The position numbers and the translations under genes were made by a program. A stretch of DNA of 63,796 bases, the filler included, from Octopus bimaculoides (lineage: Eukaryota): the NCBI RefSeq assembly GCF_001194135.2. It is 6 parts of 6 records of this genome, joined end to end, with 100 filler letters (N's around TTAATTAATTAA, not from the genome) between each part and the next. Parts side by side here need not be neighbours in the genome. Positions count along the whole stretch, not along the records: positions 42,898 to 58,102 come from NC_069004.1; positions 58,203 to 62,329 come from NC_069010.1; positions 62,430 to 63,796 come from NC_068996.1; 3 more parts are not named here. One strand, 5' to 3'. The notes under the pieces were generated by a model. The model saw only the letters and a list, made by a program, of their open reading frames with translations. It ran no database searches and was not told the DNA's origin. The stretch's first letter is position 1; each line of letters starts with the position of its first letter. Of the stretch, positions 50,804 to 62,614 are shown piece after piece.

Positions 50804-52603
50804 CAATACATGCATGTACTTACATGAATGTTTGTTTTTTATGTCAAGTTATATATATTAAAAAGTTAACAGTCAACTGAAAGATCATTCAAGACTTTTT
50901 AGAGTATACTTTTAATTTTTCCCAGGAGAATGTTGTCAGCAACTTCGGAGTTTCGGCTCAGGCAAAATTGTGCGGCAGCTAAAGACAAAAATCAAAACTT
51001 TTGCTACATTTGAGCAAATTCTCCCCAGTTCTAACAGAAACCACTGGAATAGCAATCTTTTTTCCAGAATTAGGTTTGATCATACAAGATATATTATGTT
51101 ACCGGAATAAACAAAATTGTAAGCCGTCGGGGAAAATGTGTTGATTGTAATGGTACTCGCTTTGATGAATAAAATTTCCATGTTGTTGAAATATATTGAG
51201 ATGAATTTCTTGTTTCAAAACGTTGCTTACTTTTTACTCAGTCTGATACACACATAAACAGAGAGAGAGAGAGAGAGAGAGNNNNNNNNNNCACACACAC
51301 ACACATACAAAACACAAACGTAAACACACACACACACATATATATATATGGTTTGTGTGTGTATATGTGCATTCATGTGATACATTTATATATCTATGTA
51401 TGTACACATGTGAGCATTAAGCAGACATTCATATACATATATAGTAACATCCACATACACAGATTGACGGCAAAATATCACAACATATCTGGATCCGTAT
51501 ACAATGTATATGCACCTAACACCCGCTAAAATTCTTCAATGTCTTACATAGTGTGACAGCCCCATCATGCCTGTCGCTCTAATCGGATTAAGCGGTATTC
51601 TTTCTGACTTTGTGAAACCCAGCGGTTAGTCATGTAATCAAGTACTCCAAAAATTTTAAACAGAATTCTAAGGTTATGTCCGGATGGAATAACTGCAGAT
51701 TTCGCGTCAGTTTGCCATAGAAGTTTGGTTTTTCACAAATCTCTAACATAGCGCACGCGTACATATACATACATGCATACATACATATATATACATATGT
51801 ATATATATANNNNNNNNNNNNNNNNNNNNNNNNNNNNNNNNNNNNNNNNNNNNNNNNNNNNNNNNNNNNNNNNNNNNNNNNNNNNNNNNNNNNNNNNNNN
51901 NNNNNNNNNNNNNNNNNNNNNNNNNNNNNNNNNNNNNNNNNNNNNNNNNNNNNNNNNNNNNNNNNNNNNNNNNNNNNNNNNNNNNNNNNNNNNNNNNNNN
52001 NNNNNNNNNNNNNNNNNNNNNNNNNNNNNNNNNNNNNNNNNNNNNNNNNNNNNNNNNNNNNNNNNNNNNNNNNNNNNNNNNNNNNNNNNNNNNNNNNNNN
52101 NNNNNNNNNNNNNNNNNNNNNNNNNNNNNNNNNNNNNNNNNNNNNNNNNNNNNNNNNNNNNNNNNNNNNNNNNNNNNNNNNNNNNNNNNNNNNNNNNNNN
52201 NNNNNNNNNNNNNNNNNNNNNNNNNNNNNNNNNNNNNNNNNNNNNNNNNNNNNNNNNNNNNNNNNNNNNNNNNNNNNNNNNNNNNNNNNNNNNNNNNNNN
52301 NNNNNNNNNNNNNNNNNNNNNNNNNNNNNNNNNNNNNNNNNNNNNNNNNNNNNNNNNNNNNNNNNNNNNNNNNNNNNNNNNNNNNNNNNNNNNNNNNNNN
52401 NNNNNNNNNNNNNNNNNNNNNNNNNNNNNNNNNNNNNNNNNNNNNNNNNNNNNNNNNNNNNNNNNNNNNNNNNNNNNNNNNNNNNNNNNNNNNNNNNNNN
52501 NNNNNNNNNNNNNNNNNNNNNNNNNNNNNNNNNNNNNNNNNNNNNNNNNNNNNNNNNNNNNNNNNNNNNNNNNNNNNNNNNNNNNNNNNNNNNNNNNNNN
52601 NNN

Positions 52604-52636
<33 letters not shown>

Positions 52637-52644
52637 TATGTATG

Positions 52645-52880
52645 TATAAACTTAGGAAGCGGCTTAAGGATGTCATAAAAGGCAACCTTAAAACTCTTGA
52701 GACTGATATGGATATCCGGAAGACATCGATTTAAAGCTGTACAGTATGGAGAGCAAGAGAGAGAGGGGGGATGGGGAGAGGTCAACAAGTACTGCTGTGA
52801 CGTCTCTGACCAGAAAGGAATCGAGCGTGTAGCTTTGAAGCGTTCAATCCTTAAGTGGAGCCCAAATCGCAGTGACTGCA
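52645..52880 (+). mobile_element. RTE-clade LINE ORF 3' remnant
   Basis: KLRKRLKDVIKGNLKTL... and ...KGIERVALKRSILK resemble the RTE/BovB C-terminus (RKRFKD.LK..LK...; ...E.KR..RK). Confidence 0.55.
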
Positions 52881-53229
52881 GAAACCCAGCAGGAATTGAA
52901 ATGTAATGTGTGTGTGTGTGTGGAGGATTTCTGCTTTCAGGATTTGAATTTGTAAGCCATTTAAAGTCACGCGAGGCGCTGAGTAATCTAGCTGTGAACT
53001 CTTGTGAATGGGTTCTACTGTGCCATACGTAACGCAGTACATTTGTACTGAAAACAGAAATAAGCGTCACATCTGTGAAAGTTCTTGCAGAGCGAAATAT
53101 GGGCTGCGCCTGATTATGCAAAGTTCGATGAAAATTTGGCACTGTTATAACAAGCATTTGCAGCTAATATGCATGAATGTATGTATGTATGTATGTATGT
53201 ATGGATGGATGGATGGATGGATGGATGGA

Positions 53230-53440
53230 TGCATGCATGCATGCATGTATGTATGTCAGTATTCAGTTTATTTCAAGATTGCTTGCCAATAGAGAAAGAC
53301 CCGGTTTCTAGCCTAGTTCCAAGGTTCCTTCATCGGAATTTGAATATCAACAACAAGGTATTTTTACTTGTATGTATGTATGTACGTTTGTATGTAATTA
53401 TGCATGTATGTATACCATTATGATATTGTGTTTAACAAAA
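53230..53440. repeat. Unclassified repeat associated with (GTAT)/(GGAT)n
   Basis: Embedded between tetranucleotide arrays; I recall it as a recurring octopus repeat but cannot classify it. Confidence 0.35.
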
Positions 53441-54162
53441 GCGAATGTAGAAGCATTTACTGAAAAAAACAAATCGTATTATTTCTTTGCCAATTCTAAT
53501 CGAAAGTTAAGAGTTTCTTCTCTTTCAAGGTCAAGTTATTTTCGGAATTTTTTTCCATTATGCAGTTTTAGGTATATATACCCCGAAATCCACTAATATC
53601 TCAACAACCACTCGTCCGATTTACGCGAAACTTGTTTTATTCCGTTCGTATTTATTTTTCAGGAGTAACTAAATTCATAGTATTTTCCCATTATGTATCA
53701 GTTTNNNNNNNNNNNNNNNNNNNNNNNNNNNNNNNNNNNNNNNNNNNNNNNNNNNNNNNNNNNNNNNNNNNNNNNNNNNNNNNNNNNNNNNNNNNNNNNN
53801 NNNNNNNNNNNNNNNNNNNNNNNNNNNNNNNNNNNNNNNNNNNNNNNNNNNNNNNNNNNNNNNNNNNNNNNNNNNNNNNNNNNNNNNNNNNNNNNNNNNN
53901 NNNNNNNNNNNNNNNNNNNNNNNNNNNNNNNNNNNNNNNNNNNNNNNNNNNNNNNNNNNNNNNNNNNNNNNNNNNNNNNNNNNNNNNNNNNNNNNNNNNN
54001 NNNNNNNNNNNNNNNNNNNNNNNNNNNNNNNNNNNNNNNNNNNNNNNNNNNNNNNNNNNNNNNNNNNNNNNNNNNNNNNNNNGAAACCTGTGTCCTTTAT
54101 AACCTTCGAACAGGGGAGGTCAGCAGTGTCCCCCTGCTGGTTTGGCATCTGCAGACTAGTTT

Positions 54163-54342
54163 CAGGGTGTTGCCCCTTGTCAATGCAGAGACTTAGAGAG
54201 ACTTAGAAATATTAATAACTCTATTTCTGAAAACCAGTGGATAGATTCCACTGAAATTAGATAAATAACCTTTGAACAGATAGTCAGCAGCGCCGCCTAG
54301 CTGGGGCTTGGCTGCTCTGCATTGACAAGGGGCAACACCCTG
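54163..54342. repeat. Perfect 28-bp inverted repeat
   Basis: cagggtgttgccccttgtcaatgcagag (54163-54190) and its exact reverse complement (54315-54342). Confidence 0.9.
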
Positions 54343-54414
54343 CTAAACACCGCTTGCCAAGGCTGTCTAGTTTGCAGAATGCAGTCGGGACGTGAAGACA
54401 ATTAGGAATCTCAT

Positions 54415-54970
54415 TATGAAATAAATTACGTGAGTTAAACTGGGCAAAAACGCTACAGAAACTAATGAAGTGGTTCAGACCGCTTATAGATTAACTTGTT
54501 TGAGTCGAGCATCTGTTTTCCGCTAGCACAAAAGGGCAAGCAAAGCAACAACACCGGAAGCTCATGATCGTCCCATTTATCAATAGGAAGGTTATCATCT
54601 ACATCCACTGGATCTCTTGTAGCCAGATACTCAACAATGTATACGTTGTGCAGGTCTTGAGGGAGTTCAGAAATAGATTTTGTCGCAAATGTACAGAGCA
54701 CTTTCACCAGGATAATGAGGCGGTCAACAATTTCATCCTGGCAACCAACTCCTTGATAGAGACATGCTTCAAAACTGTTGTTCATCGTTTGTACATTCCA
54801 GAATACCTTCACTTTGTAGAAATTCCATTGAGATATCTTCACGAAGTGACTGGAGGGCTACAACAAGTGTATTCAAGCCAGATGATTCTACTTTGAAGGA
54901 GATTTGATTTGTGAACTTCTTTGAAATTAATAAATGTCTCTCTTCAAAAAAATCTCAAAGCTTCTGGAAT
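54415..54970 (+). mobile_element. Internally deleted mariner remnant
   Basis: KLGKNATETNEVVQTAYRLTCLSRASVFR (N-terminal HTH) joined to KLMIVPF...VLREFRNRFCRKCTEHFHQDN (catalytic domain), then a YFEGD-like end. Confidence 0.85.
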
Positions 54971-55097
54971 GCATCTTTTGCATATACTCACCCACGCACA
55001 TACAAACACACACACATATAAATATAATATAATATTATATAAAATATAATATACATATATATACATACATATATGTGTGTATGTGCACATGTTTATA

Positions 55098-55098
55098 G

Positions 55099-55162
<64 letters not shown>
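55098..55162. repeat. (GATA)n microsatellite
   Basis: Tetranucleotide array. Confidence 0.95.
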
Positions 55163-55163
<1 letters not shown>

Positions 55164-55469
55164 CACATAAATACATATATATACACGTACATACATACGT
55201 ACATAAGTGGCTGACGAGAATCTTCTTTTAGTGCTAATTATCGCAACAGTTATTGCGTTGACTACCGGCTATTAATTTATTTGTAGGTCTCATTGATCAT
55301 TTCCCCAGTTGATATAGTTTAATTAATGGAAATCCAGTTAACATCTGCTATCTTTTACTTTTGAAAGAATGCTCAAGAACAACAAAACTAATTAATATTA
55401 GTTGTCATCTTGCAAGTGGTTTTTTAAGTATATCGTTTTCAATTAGAAACACCAGCATTAGCAGTTTGT

Positions 55470-55655
55470 ATGGTGAGCGGGCAGAATTGTTAGCACACAG
55501 GCAGAATGCTTAACAGCATTCCGTCCGTCTTTACGCTCTGAGTTCATATGCCACCGGGGTCGACTTTGTCTTTCAACCAAGTACTGGAGCCGACATAATC
55601 GACTTAACTTATCGCCTGAAATTGCTGGCCATGTGCCAACATTTGAAATCAATAT
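55470..55655 (+). mobile_element. SINE family B
   Basis: ggtgagcgggcagaattgttagc...ggtcgactttgtctttca...atttgaaatc. Confidence 0.82.
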
Positions 55656-55675
55656 CTAATTTTAAAATTTCAACA

Positions 55676-56095
55676 GGGGCTGTGTGATAAGAAGTTTGCT
55701 TTCGAACCACATGGTTCCAGTTTCAGCCCCACTGCGTGGCACTTTGGACAAGTGTCCTCTACTATAGGACCTGACTGACCAAGTCTTTGTAAGCGGATTT
55801 AGTTGACGGAAACTGAAAGAAGCCCATCGTGTTTGTGTACATATATATATGTGCGTATGTGTGTGTATATGAGTGTGTGTGTTTGCGTGCGTCCTTGTGT
55901 CAGTGTTTGTTGTGTTTGTCCCCAGCACCGCTTCACAACCAGTGCTGGTTTGTTTACGTCCCCATAACTCAACAGCTAACCAATAACCGCGGAGAGAATA
56001 AATACCAGACTTTAAAAATTAAGTACCGGGTTAGATTAAACCCTTCAAAGCTATCCTCCAGCAGGGCCACAATAACTGAAGCGAGTAAATGATAA
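55676..56095 (+). mobile_element. SINE family A
   Basis: ggctgtgtgataagaagtttgc...aaactgaaagaagcccatcg... Confidence 0.85.
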
Positions 56096-56695
56096 AAGAT
56101 AATGTGTGTGCATATATATACGAGATAAATGGCTAAGAAAGAAGCATAAATTATTGAGTAATATAAAGAAACAAATAAAAAAAAATCCAGTGCATTGATA
56201 ACATAATGATACTTCCGAGCTGCAACACAATATATTTCAACGTTCGTGTTCACATCAAGAATCTTGCATACCAAGAATCTTGCATAAAATCGAAATATTT
56301 TGGAAATGTATGTTTGCTAAAAGACAATGTTATATAAACTGAATTTTTGTAGCACATATATTTTTAACTATACCTCATTTAAATGTCAATTAAGCTTTAC
56401 TAATCCGTAGTTAAGCTGTTATTAAAATCCAGTATGTCTTTCATAATACCCATTGACAATCGTTCTGATAATGATATTCCCGTAATGATATGTGCAGGCG
56501 AAAGAAAAGAAAGGTGTCTGTTGATCAAGTCAATTAAATACCAAGATGGTGCGTCTATATGTATGTTTCTGCGAGTGTGAGGAAGCGTGTATGTGAGTGT
56601 GTGAGCGTGTGTGCCTATGAAAGTGCGTGAGTGTGTTTGTGTGTCTATGTAAGCGTTTGAGAATATTGTGTATGAGTGTATACTTATATGGATGA

Positions 56696-56741
<46 letters not shown>

Positions 56742-57056
56742 NNNNNNNNNNTAAGCTTTACTAATCCGTAGTTAAGCTGTTATTAAAATCCAGTATGTCT
56801 TTCATAATACCCATTGACAATCGTTCTGATAATGATATTCCCGTAATGATATGTGCAGGCGAAAGAAAAGAAAGGTGTCTGTTGATCAAGTCAATTAAAT
56901 ACCAAGATGGTGCGTCTATATGTATGTTTCTGCGAGTGTGAGGAAGCGTGTATGTGAGTGTGTGAGCGTGTGTGCCTATGAAAGTGCGTGAGTGTGTTTG
57001 TGTGTCTATGTAAGCGTTTGAGAATATTGTGTATGAGTGTATACTTATATGGATGA

Positions 57057-57088
<32 letters not shown>

Positions 57089-57160
57089 ATATATATATNN
57101 NNNNNNNNNNNNNNNNNNNNNNNNNNNNNNNNNNNNNNNNNNNNNNNNNNNNNNNNNNNN

Positions 57161-57285
57161 NCATGGTCCCGGGTCCAGTCCTACTGCATGGCACACTGAG
57201 CGAGTGTCTTCTACTATAGTCTCGGGCCAACCGAAGCCTTGTGAGTGCATTTGGTAGGCATAAACCGTCGTACAAACACACACTC

Positions 57286-57338
<53 letters not shown>

Positions 57339-57500
57339 CACATACATATGAGAGTATGCCTTTGAGTCTGTGTTTGTCCACCAACTAGCTCTGGACAATC
57401 GGTGTTGGTGTGCTTGCGTCTACATGACGAATGGGTTCGACAAAAGAGACTTATAGAATAAGTACCATACGGAGTCGATAAGTTTGGCTAAAAATACCTC
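57161..57500 (+). mobile_element. SINE family A (degenerate)
   Basis: catggtcccgggtccagtcctactgc...tcttctactatagtctcgggccaaccgaagccttgtgag. Confidence 0.8.
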
Positions 57501-57569
57501 AAGTTGTAGCTCCTGTAAAACAAAACATAAAAATACATATATGTGTGTGTGTGCCCGCGCGTGTTTGGT

Positions 57570-57690
57570 GAGCATCCGTACAGTTTCCATCGACCCAATT
57601 CACTGACAGGGCTTTAGTTGGCCCTGTGATAGAGTATAAGACACTTGCTTAACACGCCGAGTAATAGGACTGAACTGTACACCACGCAAT
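57570..57690 (-). mobile_element. SINE family A head, inverted
   Basis: cagtttccatcgacccaattcact...ggctttagttggccc...gtataagacacttgc. Confidence 0.7.
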
Positions 57691-57936
57691 TCCAATGCAA
57701 ATATGCCTGCACCTATATGTAGATATGAGACATAGGAATAAGAGTACATGTGTGATGAATATGTGCATGTATGTGTATGTGCGCGCGCGTGAGAGAAAAA
57801 GAGTAAGTGTGAATGTGAGAAAGAGATGGAGAGCTTCTGTGTGTATATGCGTGTTTATGTGTGTGTGTGTGTGCGTGTCCATCTGTGTGTGTGTGTGTGT
57901 GTTCATGTGTGTGTGTGTGTTCATGTGTGTGCGCGC

Positions 57937-57967
<31 letters not shown>

Positions 57968-58202
57968 TGTGTGTATGTGTGTGTGTGTGCGTGTGTCCAT
58001 ACGTATGTGCGTCTGCGTTTATGCCGAAAGAGATCATATTTACATGGGGGTAATTTCGTGCCAAGTATCTTGCAAATATTTTACTTCTAACATGAAGTGT
58101 ATNNNNNNNNNNNNNNNNNNNNNNNNNNNNNNNNNNNNNNNNNNNNTTAATTAATTAANNNNNNNNNNNNNNNNNNNNNNNNNNNNNNNNNNNNNNNNNN
58201 NN

Positions 58203-58500
58203 TTATTGAGCGAAAACACCTAAAGCTCAACGAGACTCTGGCAGGGGATGGTGACGAACCCTGCTGTACTCTTTCACCACAACTTTCTCTCACTCTTACT
58301 TCCTGTTTCTGTTGTACCTGTATTTCAAAGGGTCAGCCTTGTCACACTGTGTGACACTGAATTTCCCCGAGAACTACCTTAAGGGTACATGTATCTGTGG
58401 AGTGCTCAGCCACTTGCATGTTAATTTCACGAGTGGGCTGTTCCATTGATCGGATCAACTGGAACCCTCGACGTCGTAAGTGACGGAGTGCCAACACAAC
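58203..58500 (+). mobile_element. SINE family C (5' lost in gap)
   Basis: ttattgagcgaaaacacctaaagc...gacggagtgccaacacaac. Confidence 0.9.
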
Positions 58501-58534
58501 AATTATTGTTATTATTATTATTATTATTGTTGAA

Positions 58535-58745
58535 GGTGGTAAGCTGGCAGAATTGTTAGCAGGCCAAGCGAAATGCTAAACGGTATTTCATCTGCTGCTA
58601 CATTCTGAGTTCAAATTCCGCCAAGGGTGACTTTGCCTTTCATCCTTCTGGGGTCGATAAATTAAGTATCGGTGAAATGCTGGGGTTGATGTAATCAGCC
58701 AAGTCCTCTCCCCCACAAAATTTCCAGCCTTGTGCCTACACTAGA
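58535..58745 (+). mobile_element. SINE family B
   Basis: ggtggtaagctggcagaattgttagc...ctttgcctttcatccttctggggtcgataaattaagta. Confidence 0.88.
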
Positions 58746-59299
58746 ATGGATTATGATTAGTATTATTAATTCTTTGAGAACTACATCAAAATTTTTATGA
58801 TGTTTTTTTTTCTTACAAAAAAAGAAAGAAATACATCTGAGAGGGGGGGAATATTCATATTTAAGAAATGTCTCTAGTTTCCAAGTGCAGTGTGAGAATG
58901 TCCTAACAATATTTACAGATCCTAGTGTTTCTGTTTTTTCTTGAACATGCCTATGGCCATCCTTACAGGCAACTTGTCAATGTCTTTATAGAAGTAGCTA
59001 TCTATCATTCCAGTTCTATATAATCACAAATGAGATGATTGATATCACATTATTCAGTTACTGTTACGTCTTTAATTCTATAGCTAGTGGCATTTAGAGA
59101 TCATAGTCTTGTAATTCTTTAGGAATGTTCTTATGGCTGTCCATGTCTTTACAGCAAACTGCTAGTGTGGCCATGAATATTAAAGTAGCCCAGAATTATG
59201 CCAATCTGTTGGTGTATCATAGTGAGGCCCAGAAATTCTTACCCCTTCACTGAACTTAACCTTAAATTGAATAATTAATAGTGACTATATCGGTGCCAT

Positions 59300-59700
59300 T
59301 TCATACACCATGGTTGAACTCTCTACCATAATTTCTTGTAAGAATAGTTTCCGGTCACGTCTGCAATTTACCTCTGCCATCACTAATACTTCTGTTACTT
59401 TCTTTGATAACCTCCATCGCAACTGTCAGCCCTCTCATTTCAACCTCTGCTCATTATAAATCCCTTGACTCCCACGTCTCCGCTCACTCTACTCACAGTA
59501 GGGCTGTCATCCTATTCTCTTGGATACCTTTGACTTCAAATATTATGCAATAAAGACTCAGAATTTCTTAACCAAATCCAACGAAATGCATTAATTTTTC
59601 CCATCTCACTCTCCTCCATTTTTTTACTAAGGTAGCCATGTATCTGCTCTACAGCAAGTCACCTATCTCTGTGCCCTCTATACCTTAAAATCTATCAACT
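59300..59700 (-). mobile_element. Heavily decayed RTE-type reverse-transcriptase fragment
   Basis: Minus-strand remnants recall the LY..FVDLEKAFD and VGV.QGS..SP motifs, with many stops and shifts. Confidence 0.35.
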
Positions 59701-59729
59701 AGCACAAAGTCACAACCCATCAATACTAC

Positions 59730-59966
59730 TACCCCACTCCTGGTTGAGGGAGTTTTTTGACTTGCGATTTCCTTGGTGACCCTGTTGATACTGGTGCCAC
59801 AGAAAAAGTACCCAGAACCCGCTGTAAAGTGGTTGGTGTTAGGAAAGGCATCCAGTTGTAACAACCATGCCGAAACAGAATGGATCCTGGTACAGCTCCT
59901 GGCCTAGCCAGCTCCTATCAAACCGTCCAACCCATGCCAGCATGGAAAATGGACGTTAAATGATGA
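59730..59966 (+). mobile_element. RTE-related 3' end
   Basis: gtaaagtggttggtgttaggaaaggcatccag...aaaccgtccaacccatgccagcatggaaaatggacgttaaatgatga. The same tail occurs at 61640-61745 and 36033-36125. Confidence 0.7.
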
Positions 59967-60646
59967 CGGTTGTGTAACCCCCAACACTTAAGCCTATTCT
60001 ATACTCCAGTGAACCCAGATTAGAAGACAGAACCTCTGCACCTTTACTTCATAATATACCCCCCACCCAGACCAAGTCCCTTTTTTTTTTTGTCATATTT
60101 CATCTGTCTGCCTTGCTTCATCCAAGATTTACATCTCCACAAATTTCATTTACTTTCATTTGACCCTTTAACTAACTGCTCCTATCTTTCTCAACCGGAT
60201 CCCAAATNNNNNNNNNNNNNNNNNNNNNNNNNNNNNNNNNNNNNNNNNNNNNNNNNNNNNNNNNNNNNNNNNNNNNNNNNNNNNNNNNNNNNNNNNNNNN
60301 NNNNNNNNNNNNNNNNNNNNNNNNNNNNNNNNNNNNNNNNNNNNNNNNNNNNNNNNNNNNNNNNNNNNNNNNNNNNNNNNNNNNNNNNNNNNNNNNNNNN
60401 NNNNNNNNNNNNNNNNNNNNNNNNNNNNNNNNNNNNNNNNNNNNNNNNNNNNNNNNNNNNNNNNNNNNNNNNNNNNNNNNNNNNNNNNNNNNNNNNNNNN
60501 NNNNNNNNNNNNNNNNNNNNNNNNNNNNNNNNNNNNNNNNNNNNNNNNNNNNNNNNNNNNNNNNNNNNNNNNNNNNNNNNNNNNNNNNNNNNNNNNNNNN
60601 NNNNNNNNNNNNNNNNNNNNNNNNNNNNNNNNNNNNNNNNNNNNNT

Positions 60647-60760
60647 TTGCCTTTTATCGTTTTGGGGGTCAATAAAATAAGTACCAGTTGGACACTGGGA
60701 TCGATATAATCGATTCATCCCCGCCTCCCCCAAGCTGCCCTTGTGGCAAAAATTTGAAAT
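60647..60760 (+). mobile_element. SINE family B 3' part
   Basis: tttgccttttatcgttttgggggtcaataaaataagtaccagttg...aaaatttgaaat. Confidence 0.8.
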
Positions 60761-60896
60761 AATAATAATAATAATAATGATAATTATTATTATTAGTATT
60801 ATTATTTTATCATCATTATTATTATCATTACGATTATTATTACTGTTGTTGTTGTTGAACATTGAATTTGTTACCACTGATCTGTTTTCCGCTCTT

Positions 60897-60936
<40 letters not shown>

Positions 60937-60954
60937 TGTATATATGTATATACA

Positions 60955-61506
60955 CAGGGTTATTCAAAAGAATGAACTGATTTTATTATACAATATTTTA
61001 GTTAGGAAAAGCAATAGAAAACTCCAGCGAAGTCACAAGTATTTACTCCCAATCAACGTTTATTTCCTGTCTTCCAAGTGTTCAATGTGGCCACCACCTG
61101 CAGGAGCACGGGCAACATCAATGCCATATGAGGATTCCTCCCAGACACATATCAGCATATCATAATCCACTGAGTGCTTCTTTGGCTGTCTAGCCGAATG
61201 CTTTATCGAAGTTTTTCTGCCACTTCCCTTCTGTGTCAACATCTTCCGGAATCGCGTCAAGCGAAGCAAATTTATTCTTTTTCGTTCCATAATGAACTGA
61301 ACTTGCTTTTGATATGCTGATATGCGTCTGGAAGGAATTCACTCATCGCATTGGTGTTGCCCGTGGTGGCTACATTGAACACTTGTAAGACAGGAAATAA
61401 ACGCTCATTGTGAGTAAATACTTGTGACTTCGCTGGAGTTCTCTATTGCTTTTCCTTATTAAAATATTGCGTAATGAAATCAGTTACTTCTTTTTGAATA
61501 ACCCTG
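60955..61506. mobile_element. Tc1/mariner-derived palindromic MITE (two right arms)
   Basis: Termini CAGGGTTATTCAAAAG / CTTTTTGAATAACCCTG. About 210-bp inverted arms each carry the transposase 3' end (DMLICVWKEFTHRIGVARGGYIEHL* on plus; DMLICVWEESSYGIDVARAPAGGGHIEHL on minus). Confidence 0.85.
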
Positions 61507-61633
61507 TGGATATATATATATATATATATATANNNNNNNNNNNNNNNNNNNNNNNNNNNNNNNNNNNNNNNNNNNNNNNNNNNNNNNNNNNNNNNNNNNN
61601 NNNNNNNNNNNNNNNNNNNNNNNNNNNNNNNNA

Positions 61634-61745
61634 GCTGTAGAAACATAGCCAGATCAGATTGGAGCCTGGTGCAGCCTTCTGGTTGGCCAGTCCAACCCAT
61701 GCTAGCATGGAAAGCGGACGTTAAACGATGATGATGATGATGATA
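61634..61745 (+). mobile_element. RTE-related 3' tail with (GAT)n
   Basis: gtccaacccatgctagcatggaaagcggacgttaaacgatgatgatg. Confidence 0.75.
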
Positions 61746-62037
61746 CACGTCTGTATGTATGTTTTGTATATATGCAAAAACTAACATTTCATTTTCTGAG
61801 CTGAGATTTGAAACCAAATCTAAGGATTCTCGCTCGCCTGATCCACCACTGACCAAACAGCCAGGAAAGAAATTTCTTTGTCCTGTTAAAAAGTGGTGGA
61901 TGGATTTCCATTCTACCTCTGACCTGAGCTGTGTCACTGGAGGTTCAACTGGACAACAGGTGACCTATATAAGTACAGACTACTCCTACCGTATGTCTGT
62001 TCCTCTAGCTAGAATGATCATTATGAATACAATTTCC

Positions 62038-62329
62038 TCGTGAAATTAGCGTGCAAGTGGCTGAGCACTCCACAGACCCGTGTACCCTTAACGTAATTCT
62101 CGGGGGAGATTCAGTGTGACACGGAGTGTGACAAGGCTGACCCCTTGAATTACAGGCACAACAGAAACAGGAAGTAAGAGTGAGAGAGAAAGTTGTGGTG
62201 GAAGAGTACAGCAGGGTTCGCCACCATACCCTGTGAAATTAACGTGCAAGTGGCTGAGCACTCCACAGACCCGTGTACCCTTAACGTAGTTCTTGGGGGA
62301 GATTCAGTGTGACACGGAGTGTGACAAGG
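62038..62329 (-). mobile_element. SINE family C internal fragments (partly duplicated)
   Basis: gtgaaatta.cgtgcaagtggctgagcactccacagac occurs at about 62040 and 62234. Confidence 0.85.
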
Positions 62330-62429
62330 NNNNNNNNNNNNNNNNNNNNNNNNNNNNNNNNNNNNNNNNNNNNTTAATTAATTAANNNNNNNNNNNNNNN
62401 NNNNNNNNNNNNNNNNNNNNNNNNNNNNN

Positions 62430-62512
<83 letters not shown>

Positions 62513-62535
62513 TAATTACAATGATAATAATAATG

Positions 62536-62602
<67 letters not shown>

Positions 62603-62614
62603 TAATAATAATAA
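62430..62614. repeat. (AAT)n microsatellite
   Basis: About 60 units. Confidence 0.95.

Noticed and set aside
56391-57098. Perfect ~350-bp tandem duplication
   Set aside because: The two identical copies flank a 10-N gap. The same pattern occurs at 5690-5870 and 10670-10740, which is typical of unmerged contig overlaps.
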